IMG/VR virus record: IMGVR_UViG_3300010403_000023
Length of the DNA stretch: 64,000 nucleotides
Source: a virus
Lineage: Duplodnaviria > Heunggongvirae > Uroviricota > Caudoviricetes
Strand: one strand, 5' to 3'
A program made the translations under genes and the position numbers. The notes beneath the pieces were generated by a model. It did not search any database and had not been told where the DNA came from. It saw only the letters and a program-made list of their open reading frames with translations. Numbering within the stretch: position 1 is the first letter of the stretch; each line of letters begins with the position of its first letter. Of the stretch, positions 1-8,104 are shown one piece after another.

Positions 1-340
1 CCACCCCCTCCCTTTCCCTTTCCCTCTCCGTATAAGTAGTACCTTATTGGTTAATATGCTTTTTGCTATGCGGCGTGTTTCGTTTGTCTCCTTTGCGATG
101 ATCATTAACTTAGCTGCAGCCTATCTATCACCGTCCGTTGTGTCACTCCCTTGTACGTTCTGTCCTTCTACGGGAACATGGTATGTATGCCCCTTTCCCC
201 GCTCCCCTGGGACCCGTTACCCTCCCTTCCCTTGCCTCTTGTCTACTTGTCTCTTGTCCTTGTGTTGGGGTTGTTGTCCAAGCAAGGGAAAGGTGAAGGG
301 CGGAAGGGGCGATAGCACCGTTTTGACAATATCAAGGTGA
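1..340. other. low-complexity polypyrimidine tract (CCCTYCC runs) ending in a purine-rich mirror (GGGAAAGGTGAAGGGCGGAAGGGG) plus a partial IGR-1 core; probably non-coding
   Basis: Direct reading of the sequence; the 97-aa ORF predicted here is low-complexity (P/S/C/L rich) and unlike the neighbouring genes. Confidence 0.4.
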
Positions 341-684
341 AGGGCTATTCTCCTGTTGATTAACATTGGTTTTTAGGTTTGTTTGGATCATTAACAAAAG
401 TATAACTAATAGGCTGTATTGTGCGACTGTATTGCGTTTCAGAGGTTTTATTTTATTCATGTTATGATTTATTTACGTTCAACATTTGGATTTAAACTTT
501 GTACGTCGTACATTTGTGTTGTTATCGTAGTAGATGCGTAACCAGTTATGAGAGTATATTATCTACCTGTTTAATAGGCCAGCTTTAAAATAGGCAAACA
601 GATACGGCGGGATTCCGGGCTTTTGCTCTCCTTTAAAAATTAGCGTATTAACCAATATTTTACTCACTCATTAAATTACATTTT

Positions 685-1098
685 ATGAATAAACTATTTA
701 TAAATTATGAACTTTCTTTAGCACTTAAAGAAATAGGTTATAATGAACAAGATATTGCATATTATCGCCTTTCATTTAAGGAAGAAAACGCGCCATTTAA
801 ACTAACTGAATTAGCTTATTTTAGAGAAAGATATGATAATCACAATTTCAGATTAGAAATACATAAATCAGCAGGCCATGAAGCAATATGTACAGCACCA
901 ACATATCAACAGGCTTTTAATTTCTTTATAGAAAAGAAGGTAATAATTTATCCTGAATATATTGATTGCAATTCTAAACCAATATACGTTATAAAGTGGC
1001 ATAATGGTATATGTCATAATGAATTCAGATCAGTTAATATTATTACATCTATTCAGAAATGCATATCCTTAGTAAAAGAAACGAATTCCCACCGCTGA
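685..1098 (+). CDS. hypothetical protein (137 aa)
   Basis: Clean ORF preceded by a TTTACTCACTCA box about 14 nt upstream; the stop TGA lies inside an IGR-1 copy. Confidence 0.55.
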   Translation: MNKLFINYELSLALKEIGYNEQDIAYYRLSFKEENAPFKLTELAYFRERYDNHNFRLEIHKSAGHEAICTAPTYQQAFNFFIEKKVIIYPEYIDCNSKPIYVIKWHNGICHNEFRSVNIITSIQKCISLVKETNSHR

Positions 1099-1165
1099 AC
1101 GGTGCTAACGCAAATCAAGCTGGAGTTATTAACTTCCGCTGGCTGCAAAAAGAATAACAATAAAA

Positions 1166-1234
1166 GGTTAACTGATGATGGCTTATTAATAGCCGAAACG
1201 CTACAACACTACAATGTGTAGCGTATTAACCAGG
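1166..1234 (+). repeat. hairpin repeat family H, copy 1 (GGTTAACTGA..GCGAAACGC-hairpin-GCGTATTAACCA)
   Basis: Near-identical to 1769-1826; contains the stem ACGCTACA/TGTAGCGT. Confidence 0.5.
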
Positions 1235-1271
1235 TAAATTATTATTCACTCACTCATAAAAACAAAATCAA

Positions 1272-1514
1272 ATGAAAAAGATCATGTTTATTGCCTATTT
1301 ATTATTGATCGCTGCATTATGCTTCGGTATCAGCGAAACACACGCCCAGGCTTGGACACCAAATAAAAAGTACATTAAAGCAAAGGATACCAGCAAGCCT
1401 GCAACTACAAGTAAATACCAGTGTTACGGCACTACTCAAAAAGGGGAACGCTGTAAAAGGCATGTACCGCAAGATCATGGCTTTTGCTATCAACATATTG
1501 AGCAGGCAAAATAA
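1272..1514 (+). CDS. small secreted protein with a C-terminal Cys/His cluster (80 aa)
   Basis: N-terminal signal-peptide-like MKKIMFIAYLLLIAALCFG..AQA; C-terminus has CYGTT..RCKRH..GFCYQH; ATTCACTCACTCA box upstream. Confidence 0.55.
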   Translation: MKKIMFIAYLLLIAALCFGISETHAQAWTPNKKYIKAKDTSKPATTSKYQCYGTTQKGERCKRHVPQDHGFCYQHIEQAK

Positions 1515-1549
1515 TTCATATTATTATCTCACATTTCAAACACAAAAAC

Positions 1550-1768
1550 ATGTCATTTAAGAAACAAATAATACTCATCATTATAATATCCTCCATTATA
1601 GGGTATTGGGGCGGCAATTACTACAAAGATCATTTTAGACCTGCTCCGCGTTCAGTCTACGTACAATTACAAACAGAAGAGCCATTACATAAGGGTGATA
1701 CCTTAATGGTCTATGAAGTAACAAAAGGCAAGCACTGTGATACTATTTGGATAGGATATTTAAACTGA
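1550..1768 (+). CDS. small membrane protein (72 aa, one TM)
   Basis: Hydrophobic N-terminus IILIIIISSIIGYWG; TTATCTCACATTTCA box upstream. Confidence 0.5.
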   Translation: MSFKKQIILIIIISSIIGYWGGNYYKDHFRPAPRSVYVQLQTEEPLHKGDTLMVYEVTKGKHCDTIWIGYLN

Positions 1769-1826
1769 GGTTAACTGACGAGCTTTTAATAAGCGAAACG
1801 CCATACAGTAATGGCGTATTAACCAC
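1769..1826 (+). repeat. hairpin repeat family H, copy 2
   Basis: GGTTAACTGACGAGCTTTTAATAAGCGAAACGCCATACAGTAATGGCGTATTAACCAC; stem ACGCCAT/ATGGCGT. Confidence 0.5.
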
Positions 1827-1839
1827 TAAAACAAACACT

Positions 1840-2088
1840 ATGGAAGAGGTAATAATGTTCCATTTAGACGGTGATAATGAGTGTTATTACTGCTTTGAAC
1901 AATACGAAATGCAATCATTTGCAGAGAATGAAGGTAAGGAAATTGAAAGCTGGGGGATAGCCGTAAATGGTATGCCAGATGGCACTTTACATATTAGTAG
2001 TCATCCGAGAATTTATATTAATTACACTTCGGATGATGAAAAGCATTTCGGAAAGAATAATAAATCTACTCCGGGCTTTGGAGATTAA
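1840..2088 (+). CDS. hypothetical protein (start adjusted to MEEVIMF.. after the hairpin repeat)
   Basis: The ORF track start at 1747 overlaps the previous gene and the repeat; the internal ATG at 1840 follows the hairpin. Confidence 0.45.
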   Translation: MEEVIMFHLDGDNECYYCFEQYEMQSFAENEGKEIESWGIAVNGMPDGTLHISSHPRIYINYTSDDEKHFGKNNKSTPGFGD

Positions 2089-2104
2089 GTATAAAGATCG
2101 TAGA

Positions 2105-2160
2105 AGTTCCGAACGATTAACGGAGCGTCGCAACCGCAACTAAATAGATATTCAGACTTT
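2105..2160 (+). repeat. IGR-1 copy (variant A core AACGGAGCGTCGCAA at 2119-2133)
   Basis: Core plus CCGCAACTAAATAGAT box; forms an inverted pair with the 2600-2676 copy around ORF 2189-2608. Confidence 0.7.
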
Positions 2161-2188
2161 GACTAACAAATATTTAAACAAATACAAC

Positions 2189-2608
2189 ATGAAAAACACT
2201 ACAAAAATACTCACTTTACTTTCTCTTACTGTAATAATAGGTCTCATGGTTGCAAATACCGCTTCAATTATTTCTCATGCTCTGCACCTTCAGAATTATT
2301 GGACTCCTGACTTTGAATACTATCCCATTTATTTAGCAATAGGACTAATTTGTGGGGGTGTTCCTGCGTTTGTTTTGTTTGCTGCTATACTGTTTCCTCT
2401 TCCGGTATTAAAGGCTGAAAATGAGAAGGGAGATATTAACCAGGCTATTAGCTGTGAGACTTACATATTTACTCCTGTTCCGGTTGTTTTAGTAGGACAA
2501 GAATTTGCAGGTATTGGATGCAGGTTAAGAGTAAAGCATGTTAAAGTAATAGACTGGGGTAATGCGGATCTATCAGGGTATGAATATGCTTATAACTTTT
2601 CTTTGTGA
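2189..2608 (+). CDS. membrane protein (2-3 TM helices)
   Basis: Hydrophobic segments ILTLLSLTVIIGLMV and PIYLAIGLICGGVPAFVLFAAILFPLPVL; the start is uncertain (2159 or 2189). Confidence 0.5.
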   Translation: MKNTTKILTLLSLTVIIGLMVANTASIISHALHLQNYWTPDFEYYPIYLAIGLICGGVPAFVLFAAILFPLPVLKAENEKGDINQAISCETYIFTPVPVVLVGQEFAGIGCRLRVKHVKVIDWGNADLSGYEYAYNFSL

Positions 2609-2676
2609 GCATAGGCTGGTAATGCTTTTAGGCGTCTGTTGCGACGCTCCGTGCAAGGTTCTGAATGCTATTTGAC
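2600..2676 (-). repeat. IGR-1 copy (variant A, reverse; core TTGCGACGCTCCGT at 2639-2652) with AATAGCATTC arm
   Basis: Reverse complement reads GTCAAATAGCATTCAGAACCTTGCACGGAGCGTCGCAA. Confidence 0.7.
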
Positions 2677-2711
2677 ATTTTATATATTTCTCACTTCTCA
2701 AAAAAAGTAAA

Positions 2712-3323
2712 ATGAAAACCAAACAATCAAACATTTTTACTCATCTTGGCTACACTGTAAAAAGACATGCGGCCAGCCACACGCAGCACTCCGCAGAAAT
2801 TACCGACAAAAACGGGGTTAACCTGTTTGGAGGTAATATAGATGCGGGTATTGATTCAATAACTCATTATAAGGTTAGGTATGGGATGGATGGCCGCGCA
2901 AATCCTTTTATGAGCACCGACAAGGAGTTAAAAGACTGTATAACAAAATATGATGCAGACCTGAAAGAATACGCGCCGGGACTGATCCGTAAATTGGCAG
3001 ATGCGAATGTAAAGGACCTTAGCAGTAATGAAGTAGCGCGGGCCTTTAAGCCGGTTGTAATGCCGCGCGTATGTATAACCAGGGCCACCGTATTAATAAG
3101 CTCCGGCCTTATCACAATGGATAAAATAAATGAGTTGATTTATTTAGATGCGTTGGATCATTGTATTACAGATGATAGCATTGTAAAAATAAATGGCTAT
3201 GAAATACGGTATAATCCAATGTTTGACCGGTTTATCACTTCTCATCCTGAAATAGGGGCCGGACTTGGTGAATGGGCAACAACACAAACACACGACATTA
3301 TAGATTATTGTTTAAAAGGATAA
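2712..3323 (+). CDS. hypothetical protein (203 aa)
   Basis: Clean ORF; TTCTCACTTCTCA box about 14 nt upstream. Confidence 0.55.
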   Translation: MKTKQSNIFTHLGYTVKRHAASHTQHSAEITDKNGVNLFGGNIDAGIDSITHYKVRYGMDGRANPFMSTDKELKDCITKYDADLKEYAPGLIRKLADANVKDLSSNEVARAFKPVVMPRVCITRATVLISSGLITMDKINELIYLDALDHCITDDSIVKINGYEIRYNPMFDRFITSHPEIGAGLGEWATTQTHDIIDYCLKG

Positions 3324-3355
3324 TTTTATTACTCACTCTCTCAAACTTCAACCAA

Positions 3356-3691
3356 ATGAAAAAAACATTTTTAACTGTAGAAATTTATCGTGCCTCATAT
3401 AATTGTGCAATCAATTATTACAACAAAGATAAAAGGGTTTTTTGTCCTGTAAATGGCGGATCAATAAAAGAGGACGAACTATTGAGTTATTCAGAAAATT
3501 GCAGCATTAACCCTCTTCCCGTGCGCATTGTAAAGCGCAATCTGCCAAGCGGCGAATATATACACGCAGAGCCTAACAAACCGGGAATGTGGGCCTTTGG
3601 CGGATCTTATTTAGGCTGCTCAGATAGCCGGATACATGAAATAAACAAATACCCTATTCCCTTACATGATCGGGATATGAATATGGAATAA
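3356..3691 (+). CDS. hypothetical protein (about 111 aa; start moved to MKKTFLTV)
   Basis: The track start at 3272 overlaps the upstream gene; the ATG at 3356 lies 14 nt after an ATTACTCACTCTCTCA box. Confidence 0.5.
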   Translation: MKKTFLTVEIYRASYNCAINYYNKDKRVFCPVNGGSIKEDELLSYSENCSINPLPVRIVKRNLPSGEYIHAEPNKPGMWAFGGSYLGCSDSRIHEINKYPIPLHDRDMNME

Positions 3692-3723
3692 CACATTTTT
3701 ACTCACTTCTCAAACCTCTAACA

Positions 3724-4677
3724 ATGGATTTATTTAACCAAATAGCCGAACTTACAAGGCCGGTAACAATGGAAGAAATACCTGCCTTGCCACTTCTTAA
3801 CCATCATTACGACCTTGCAGTAAGGGCGTACAATGGTACATCATTTGATCCGGAACTCAGGGCAAAAGGCAATATAAAAGAGTTTTCCGACATGCTGGCT
3901 GCTGATTTATTACAGGTGCCGGATAACTACAAAGCAAAATATCAACAAAAATTTGAGGGCTTTTATACCGGTTGGCTGCATTCAAAAACTCGTTGCATGT
4001 CGTCTATGATCACAGGCCCGGCAAATTTCCCGGCTGCAAGAATGCAGAAGTATAACCAATGGGAGCATAATAAAATAGAGGACTTTATGCACTGGCGCAA
4101 GCGCATACTTGCAGCATTGGCACGATCTGAACGCAAGCGCACACAAGGCAGCGAGTTAGAACAAGCAATAAATAACTTAACAGAGGCGCAAAGAATCCAT
4201 GCCGGCATAAAAGCAACCAGTATAATTTTGCGCAAAGTTAAAGGTAAGGAGGAAAGAATAACAGCATTAAAAGCCGCAAACCTTTGGGATGACAAAATAG
4301 TGCTTAATTCCCCAGATTATATAGAAAAATACGGTTTTCAGACATGGGGATTAACAAACGCCTTAGCTAAAGTAAAGCGTTTAGAAGACCGTGTAAAGCA
4401 ATTACAGGCAAAAGAAAAGGTAAAGGAAGCAATACAGGCCGGAGAGAAGGAAACGCCGGAAATAACCATTAACGGAGCTATTATCCGCCAAGACTTTACA
4501 GATGACCGTATAAAGATCATATTTGACGGTAAGCCTGCGCCTAATGTAATAACTGCTTTAAAAAGCTCAGGTTTCCGCTGGTCTCCCTTTCTTAAATGCT
4601 GGTGCAGGAAATTAACTAATAATGCTACCTATGTGGCAAAGCTAATATGTACGCAGGAATTAAAGCCCGTAGTGTAA
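3724..4677 (+). CDS. hypothetical protein (317 aa) with a conserved-looking C-terminal module (IKIIFDGKPAPNVITALKSSGFRWSP)
   Basis: TTTTACTCACTTCTCA box upstream; charged coiled-coil middle region. Confidence 0.6.
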   Translation: MDLFNQIAELTRPVTMEEIPALPLLNHHYDLAVRAYNGTSFDPELRAKGNIKEFSDMLAADLLQVPDNYKAKYQQKFEGFYTGWLHSKTRCMSSMITGPANFPAARMQKYNQWEHNKIEDFMHWRKRILAALARSERKRTQGSELEQAINNLTEAQRIHAGIKATSIILRKVKGKEERITALKAANLWDDKIVLNSPDYIEKYGFQTWGLTNALAKVKRLEDRVKQLQAKEKVKEAIQAGEKETPEITINGAIIRQDFTDDRIKIIFDGKPAPNVITALKSSGFRWSPFLKCWCRKLTNNATYVAKLICTQELKPVV

Positions 4678-4767
4678 AGACTGTTTGATATAGTGAGTAT
4701 AAACCATATCTTTTTTCTCTATTTGTTTATTTTTGTTATCAGATGCCGGAATGCTAATAGGCGCCAG

Positions 4768-4784
4768 TGGCGATGGCACCGGGA
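4768..4784 (-). repeat. IGR-1 copy (variant B, reverse; GGCGCCAGTGGCGATGGCACCGG)
   Basis: Same flank as the copy at 12140-12160 (CCGGCGCCAGTGGCGATGGCACCGGTC). Confidence 0.65.
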
Positions 4785-4835
4785 TAGTTCAGTAATTCTA
4801 TTTTACTTTTCTCATGTTTTAAAAACTCATTTTTT

Positions 4836-5114
4836 ATGGCAGCATTTTATAAAGACAAACCACTATATACAAAGGTTTGGAAAAGATTAAAAACCGGAAT
4901 AACCGGCACCGATTCAGTAAGGGCTTGCATTAATAACGGTAAAGAGAATTACTCTATTGATGTTTCATTTTACAAGCCAGGGGATCATTTAGCTGATGGG
5001 GCAGTAAAGCAAAAAGAAGCGGCACAAATTGAAATAGAACTACCAAAAGGCGGCATATGGACCGGCACAATAACCGAACTGCAATCTATTCTTTCACCTC
5101 ATTGTAAATATTGA
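4836..5114 (+). CDS. hypothetical protein (92 aa); paralogue of the 11708-11971 product
   Basis: Shared motif GG(I/KM)WTGTI(T/N)..(Q/A)..IL between the two products. Confidence 0.5.
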   Translation: MAAFYKDKPLYTKVWKRLKTGITGTDSVRACINNGKENYSIDVSFYKPGDHLADGAVKQKEAAQIEIELPKGGIWTGTITELQSILSPHCKY

Positions 5115-5120
5115 TATCCT

Positions 5121-5606
5121 ATGAGAAAGCCAATCATCATACAGCCGCACAATATGGAGTTAAAAAAATACTCCATAACCATAAGACCGATTAAAAAATT
5201 CAGTGATCCTAAAGAGGTGCAAATTGATTTGGATGCAGATTATTTGATCACAAAAAACCATCCTGATACATCAATACACAATGATAGGGTTATGCCAATG
5301 GTAGTATTTGGCGACTTCTGTAAGATACTGAAAGCGAAAACAAAATGTTTTAAAGCTATTGATGATAGCCATTTCTGGGTAAGTGGTTATTATGCTATTT
5401 ACTTTTACCTGAAAACAGAAAAAGACAGGCTGAAAATGAAACGCCTTGTAAAGGAGGCTGTTATTGAAAGTGGCGGATTTATGACATTTGAAGCATGGTA
5501 TGAGCACCACGGGAAAAAGACAACCAGGATATTGCAATTCAATGGCACTGGGAGCGGCATTAATATGACATACTCTAATTTACCGGAAAGTATAGCCTTT
5601 CTTTAA
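5121..5606 (+). CDS. hypothetical protein (161 aa)
   Basis: Clean ORF; its N-terminus MRKPII resembles that of the next ORF (MRKPIL). Confidence 0.55.
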   Translation: MRKPIIIQPHNMELKKYSITIRPIKKFSDPKEVQIDLDADYLITKNHPDTSIHNDRVMPMVVFGDFCKILKAKTKCFKAIDDSHFWVSGYYAIYFYLKTEKDRLKMKRLVKEAVIESGGFMTFEAWYEHHGKKTTRILQFNGTGSGINMTYSNLPESIAFL

Positions 5607-5617
5607 AATCACATTTT

Positions 5618-5971
5618 ATGCGTAAGCCTATATTGATGCAATTGCCGGTTAAAAGTGTTCGTAAAGTGTGGATTGGTAGTTATGGGGGACATTACGAATG
5701 CGTAGTTATATTTCATACAAAACCAACAAAAAAAAGGGAAGGATGGAATAGTGTAACAGGCCGCACGTATTCTATTGTTGATCTTTGGGATAACAAAACA
5801 AATATTGCAGGTTCAATGTGGAAATGTGATTTTGATTGGATTTACCCAACCGCAAAACTCCCAGATCCCAAAGAGATAGAAGTAACAACTTTATACGAAA
5901 GGGAGATAGAAGCATTTTGGGATGAGCGTAACCGGATGGTATTTGCAGAATTCACCGCCGATGGCTGGTAA
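5618..5971 (+). CDS. hypothetical protein (117 aa)
   Basis: Clean ORF; AAATCACATTTT sits directly upstream. Confidence 0.55.
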   Translation: MRKPILMQLPVKSVRKVWIGSYGGHYECVVIFHTKPTKKREGWNSVTGRTYSIVDLWDNKTNIAGSMWKCDFDWIYPTAKLPDPKEIEVTTLYEREIEAFWDERNRMVFAEFTADGW

Positions 5972-6107
5972 TAAAAAGAAACTGATTAGAATAAGATAGC
6001 TCAAACACGCACCTATCAAGCAATTCAGGCGGTTTGACTGTATTATACACAAAGTTAACTGTATTTAAAACCAATATTGCTATATTATAATCATAAAAGA
6101 TTGTATT

Positions 6108-6165
6108 TTTTTGTACAAACTTTCTTGCAAATTGCAACAATTATTGTACATTTACGTACAAAAAA
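6108..6165. promoter_or_regulatory. operator-like cluster of short palindromes (TTGTACAAA, TTGCAAATTGCAA, TGTACATTTACGTACA) upstream of the RepL-like gene
   Basis: Direct reading; TGTACA and TTGCAA are 6-bp palindromes repeated within 60 bp of a 140-bp AT-rich non-coding region. Confidence 0.4.
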
Positions 6166-6698
6166 ATATGATTATGGCACAAGCTATATACACTAAAGAA
6201 ACACAAGACATGCAAACGGGAGAAGTAGTTAAACGGGAGATATTCCGTAAACAGGTAGCCAATACTGAGCAATTCGTCCGGGCCTTTATAGAAGATATGG
6301 GGTTACTGGCAAAATGCTCCGGGGCTGAAAAGGGGGTGGTTCTATGCAGTTTACAGTATTTGGACTACAATACTAACGAATTCATATTAACGCCTGAAAG
6401 AAGGGCTGCGATATGCGATTGTGGGCAAATTAAACCGGATACTGTATCCTCTGCCATTTCCAGGCTGCTAAAAAAGAATATCATCATAAAAAAAAGCGGA
6501 TCAACCTACATTCTTAATCCTAAGATATTCTTTTACGGCAAGGAATTGGAACGGGCAAAAATTGTGGAAACTACAATGGTTTATGTAATTGGTGGTGGTA
6601 AAACTAAACCTAATCCATTATCAAAACGCAGGTCATTTAAAATGGAAATTGCCGGCAGCAGTGATATAGATGCACGGAGCGTCGCCACTGAAGCCTGA
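6111..6698 (+). CDS. RepL-like or winged-helix DNA-binding protein (the start may be at 6168 or 6174)
   Basis: Paralogous to the 61738-62187 product (shared pattern ..L..L.Y......I..T...R.A.......V..A...L.KK.II.K....Y.LNP..F..G...ER); the C-terminal tail SVATEA is encoded by an IGR-1 copy. Confidence 0.5.
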   Translation: MYKLSCKLQQLLYIYVQKNMIMAQAIYTKETQDMQTGEVVKREIFRKQVANTEQFVRAFIEDMGLLAKCSGAEKGVVLCSLQYLDYNTNEFILTPERRAAICDCGQIKPDTVSSAISRLLKKNIIIKKSGSTYILNPKIFFYGKELERAKIVETTMVYVIGGGKTKPNPLSKRRSFKMEIAGSSDIDARSVATEA

Positions 6699-6735
6699 GT
6701 TATCCCAGAACCTCGACCAACAAATAATTAAATAA
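6670..6735 (+). repeat. IGR-1 copy (variant A; core ACGGAGCGTCGCC at 6674-6686; tail ..CGACCAACAAATAAT)
   Basis: Nearly identical to the copy at 10585-10650 (GAACGGAGCGTCGCCACTGAAGCC..GACCAACAAAAAT). Confidence 0.75.
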
Positions 6736-6796
6736 GGATAAAAGGCGATGTAATACAATTCACTCAAATAATTTCTTCACGATCAAACCAAAAAAC

Positions 6797-7078
6797 ATGA
6801 AAAAGAAGCCAGTCGAAAACTACTATACTATTCGCCTTAACCCAAATACCACACAGGGCGGATTTTTCAGAATATACCAGGCAAGGAACGGGAGCATACA
6901 GCTATGTATGGGTAACGGACATATTACTCTTACAATGCAAAATATTTCCGATCTACACCTTGACAGCACACTTTATGAGCTGGAAGAATTTGATACTGTA
7001 GATTTCGATAAGTTTTACAATACGGAAAGGCACAATGAACCACAGTTGAACGGTGCCATCGCAAACCAGGCCCAATAG
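6797..7078 (+). CDS. hypothetical protein (93 aa)
   Basis: ATTCACTCAAATAATTTC box upstream; the C-terminus NGAIANQAQ and the stop are provided by an IGR-1 variant B copy. Confidence 0.5.
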   Translation: MKKKPVENYYTIRLNPNTTQGGFFRIYQARNGSIQLCMGNGHITLTMQNISDLHLDSTLYELEEFDTVDFDKFYNTERHNEPQLNGAIANQAQ

Positions 7079-7105
7079 ATAAACTGGTTCCTGCTGCAAA
7101 AACTT
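7045..7105 (+). repeat. IGR-1 copy (variant B; core AACGGTGCCATCGCAA at 7049-7064; CAATAGATAAA box; CTGCTGCAAAAA tail)
   Basis: Full-length modular element. Confidence 0.8.
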
Positions 7106-7143
7106 TTTTACTCACAATATTTTAAAAAAACACACACAAAAAC

Positions 7144-7674
7144 ATGAAAAAATCATTCACTTTAGACACCATTAATAATGGTTGTTATGGAAGAGAGAAA
7201 GCAGCTACATACTTCGCTAAGAAGAAAACGCTCACTATTACCCATATATTAAACCTGGATATTCCGCTAAAACACAAGTTCTGGTTTGTAAGAAACAACT
7301 GTGATTTAGACCTGAAGCAGAAGCAAATACTGGCTTTGAATTGCGCCCGCATAGTAATGCCCATCTACAATAAAAAGTACCCTAACGACACCAGAATTAC
7401 CGAATGCATAGATGCTACCGGTAAATTTCTGAATGGAGAAATAAGCAGAGATGAATTAATTACTAAAAGAAACGCCGCCGACGCCGCCGCCGCCGACGCC
7501 GCCGCCTACGTCGCCTACGCCGCCGCCTACGCCGCCTACGCCGCCGCCTACGCCGCCGCCTACGCCGCCTACGCCGCCGCCTACGACGCCGCCGACGCCT
7601 ACGCAAAAAGTACAGATGATTATTCCGGTCAACTATTAACGATGCTGAAAAAATATTGCAAGAGCATTAAATAG
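7144..7674 (+). CDS. hypothetical protein with an Ala/Tyr low-complexity repeat (AAYAAYAAAY..)
   Basis: TTTTTTACTCACAATATTTT box upstream; the repeat is encoded by a GCCGCCTAC tandem. Confidence 0.55.
   Translation: MKKSFTLDTINNGCYGREKAATYFAKKKTLTITHILNLDIPLKHKFWFVRNNCDLDLKQKQILALNCARIVMPIYNKKYPNDTRITECIDATGKFLNGEISRDELITKRNAADAAAADAAAYVAYAAAYAAYAAAYAAAYAAYAAAYDAADAYAKSTDDYSGQLLTMLKKYCKSIK
7471..7605 (+). repeat. imperfect tandem repeat of GCC GCC TAC / GCC GCC GAC units (about 135 bp)
   Basis: Direct reading of the sequence. Confidence 0.8.
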
Positions 7675-7704
7675 CATGATAACAGTCTAATAGCTGACTG
7701 ATTC

Positions 7705-7735
7705 CATCATGGAGCGTCGCAAATCAAGCTTAATC
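7705..7735 (+). repeat. IGR-1 copy (variant A with ATGG; core ATGGAGCGTCGCAAATCAAGCT)
   Basis: Core plus AATCAAGCT box. Confidence 0.65.
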
Positions 7736-7769
7736 CTTATTCTTTAGCTAAGTAACAAAATCTTAATGT

Positions 7770-7982
7770 ATGAAACAAATAAAAGCCAAATACCAACTAC
7801 GTTGTACTGAATCTAACCGTATAATAAAGAAAGGAGAAGAAATGATCTTTGATCCTGATACCGGTAAGTGTTATTCAATACTAAGTGATACTGCATGTTA
7901 TTTTATATACAAACAAGCAGGGTATGATTACTTACCACCAGGAGTATATGTAGATAACTATTGTTGGGAAAATAATATTTGA
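7770..7982 (+). CDS. hypothetical protein (70 aa)
   Basis: ORF flanked by an inverted IGR-1 pair. Confidence 0.5.
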   Translation: MKQIKAKYQLRCTESNRIIKKGEEMIFDPDTGKCYSILSDTACYFIYKQAGYDYLPPGVYVDNYCWENNI

Positions 7983-7987
7983 ATACT

Positions 7988-8040
7988 TTTTGCAGCCAGC
8001 GGGAGCCGATCTATCAGCCTGATTTGCGATGGCACCGGTC
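7988..8040 (-). repeat. IGR-1 copy (variant B, reverse, full length: TTTTGCAGCCAGCGGGAGCCGATCTATCAGCCTGATTTGCGATGGCACCGG)
   Basis: The reverse complement matches the forward full element. Confidence 0.8.
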
Positions 8041-8104
8041 CACTTCATCACTACTTTCAATTACATTTTAAAACAAAAAACTTTCACATACAAACACACC
8101 CAAA

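Noticed and set aside
47-340. 97-aa ORF in the first 340 nt
   Set aside because: The translation is a low-complexity P/S/C/L-rich product of the polypyrimidine tract, with no start context like the neighbouring genes. Treated as non-coding.
380-684. Searched the long non-coding stretches (380-684, 5972-6110, 61395-61737, 63257-63464) for tRNA-like cloverleaves
   Set aside because: No acceptor-stem/T-arm pairing or GTTC-type T-loop was seen by eye. No tRNA is called, although a tRNAscan run would be the proper check.
4693-4890. 65-aa ORF spanning an IGR-1 copy
   Set aside because: It starts inside the intergenic repeat region and encodes a hydrophobic or basic junk-like peptide. It overlaps the better-placed 4836-5114 gene.
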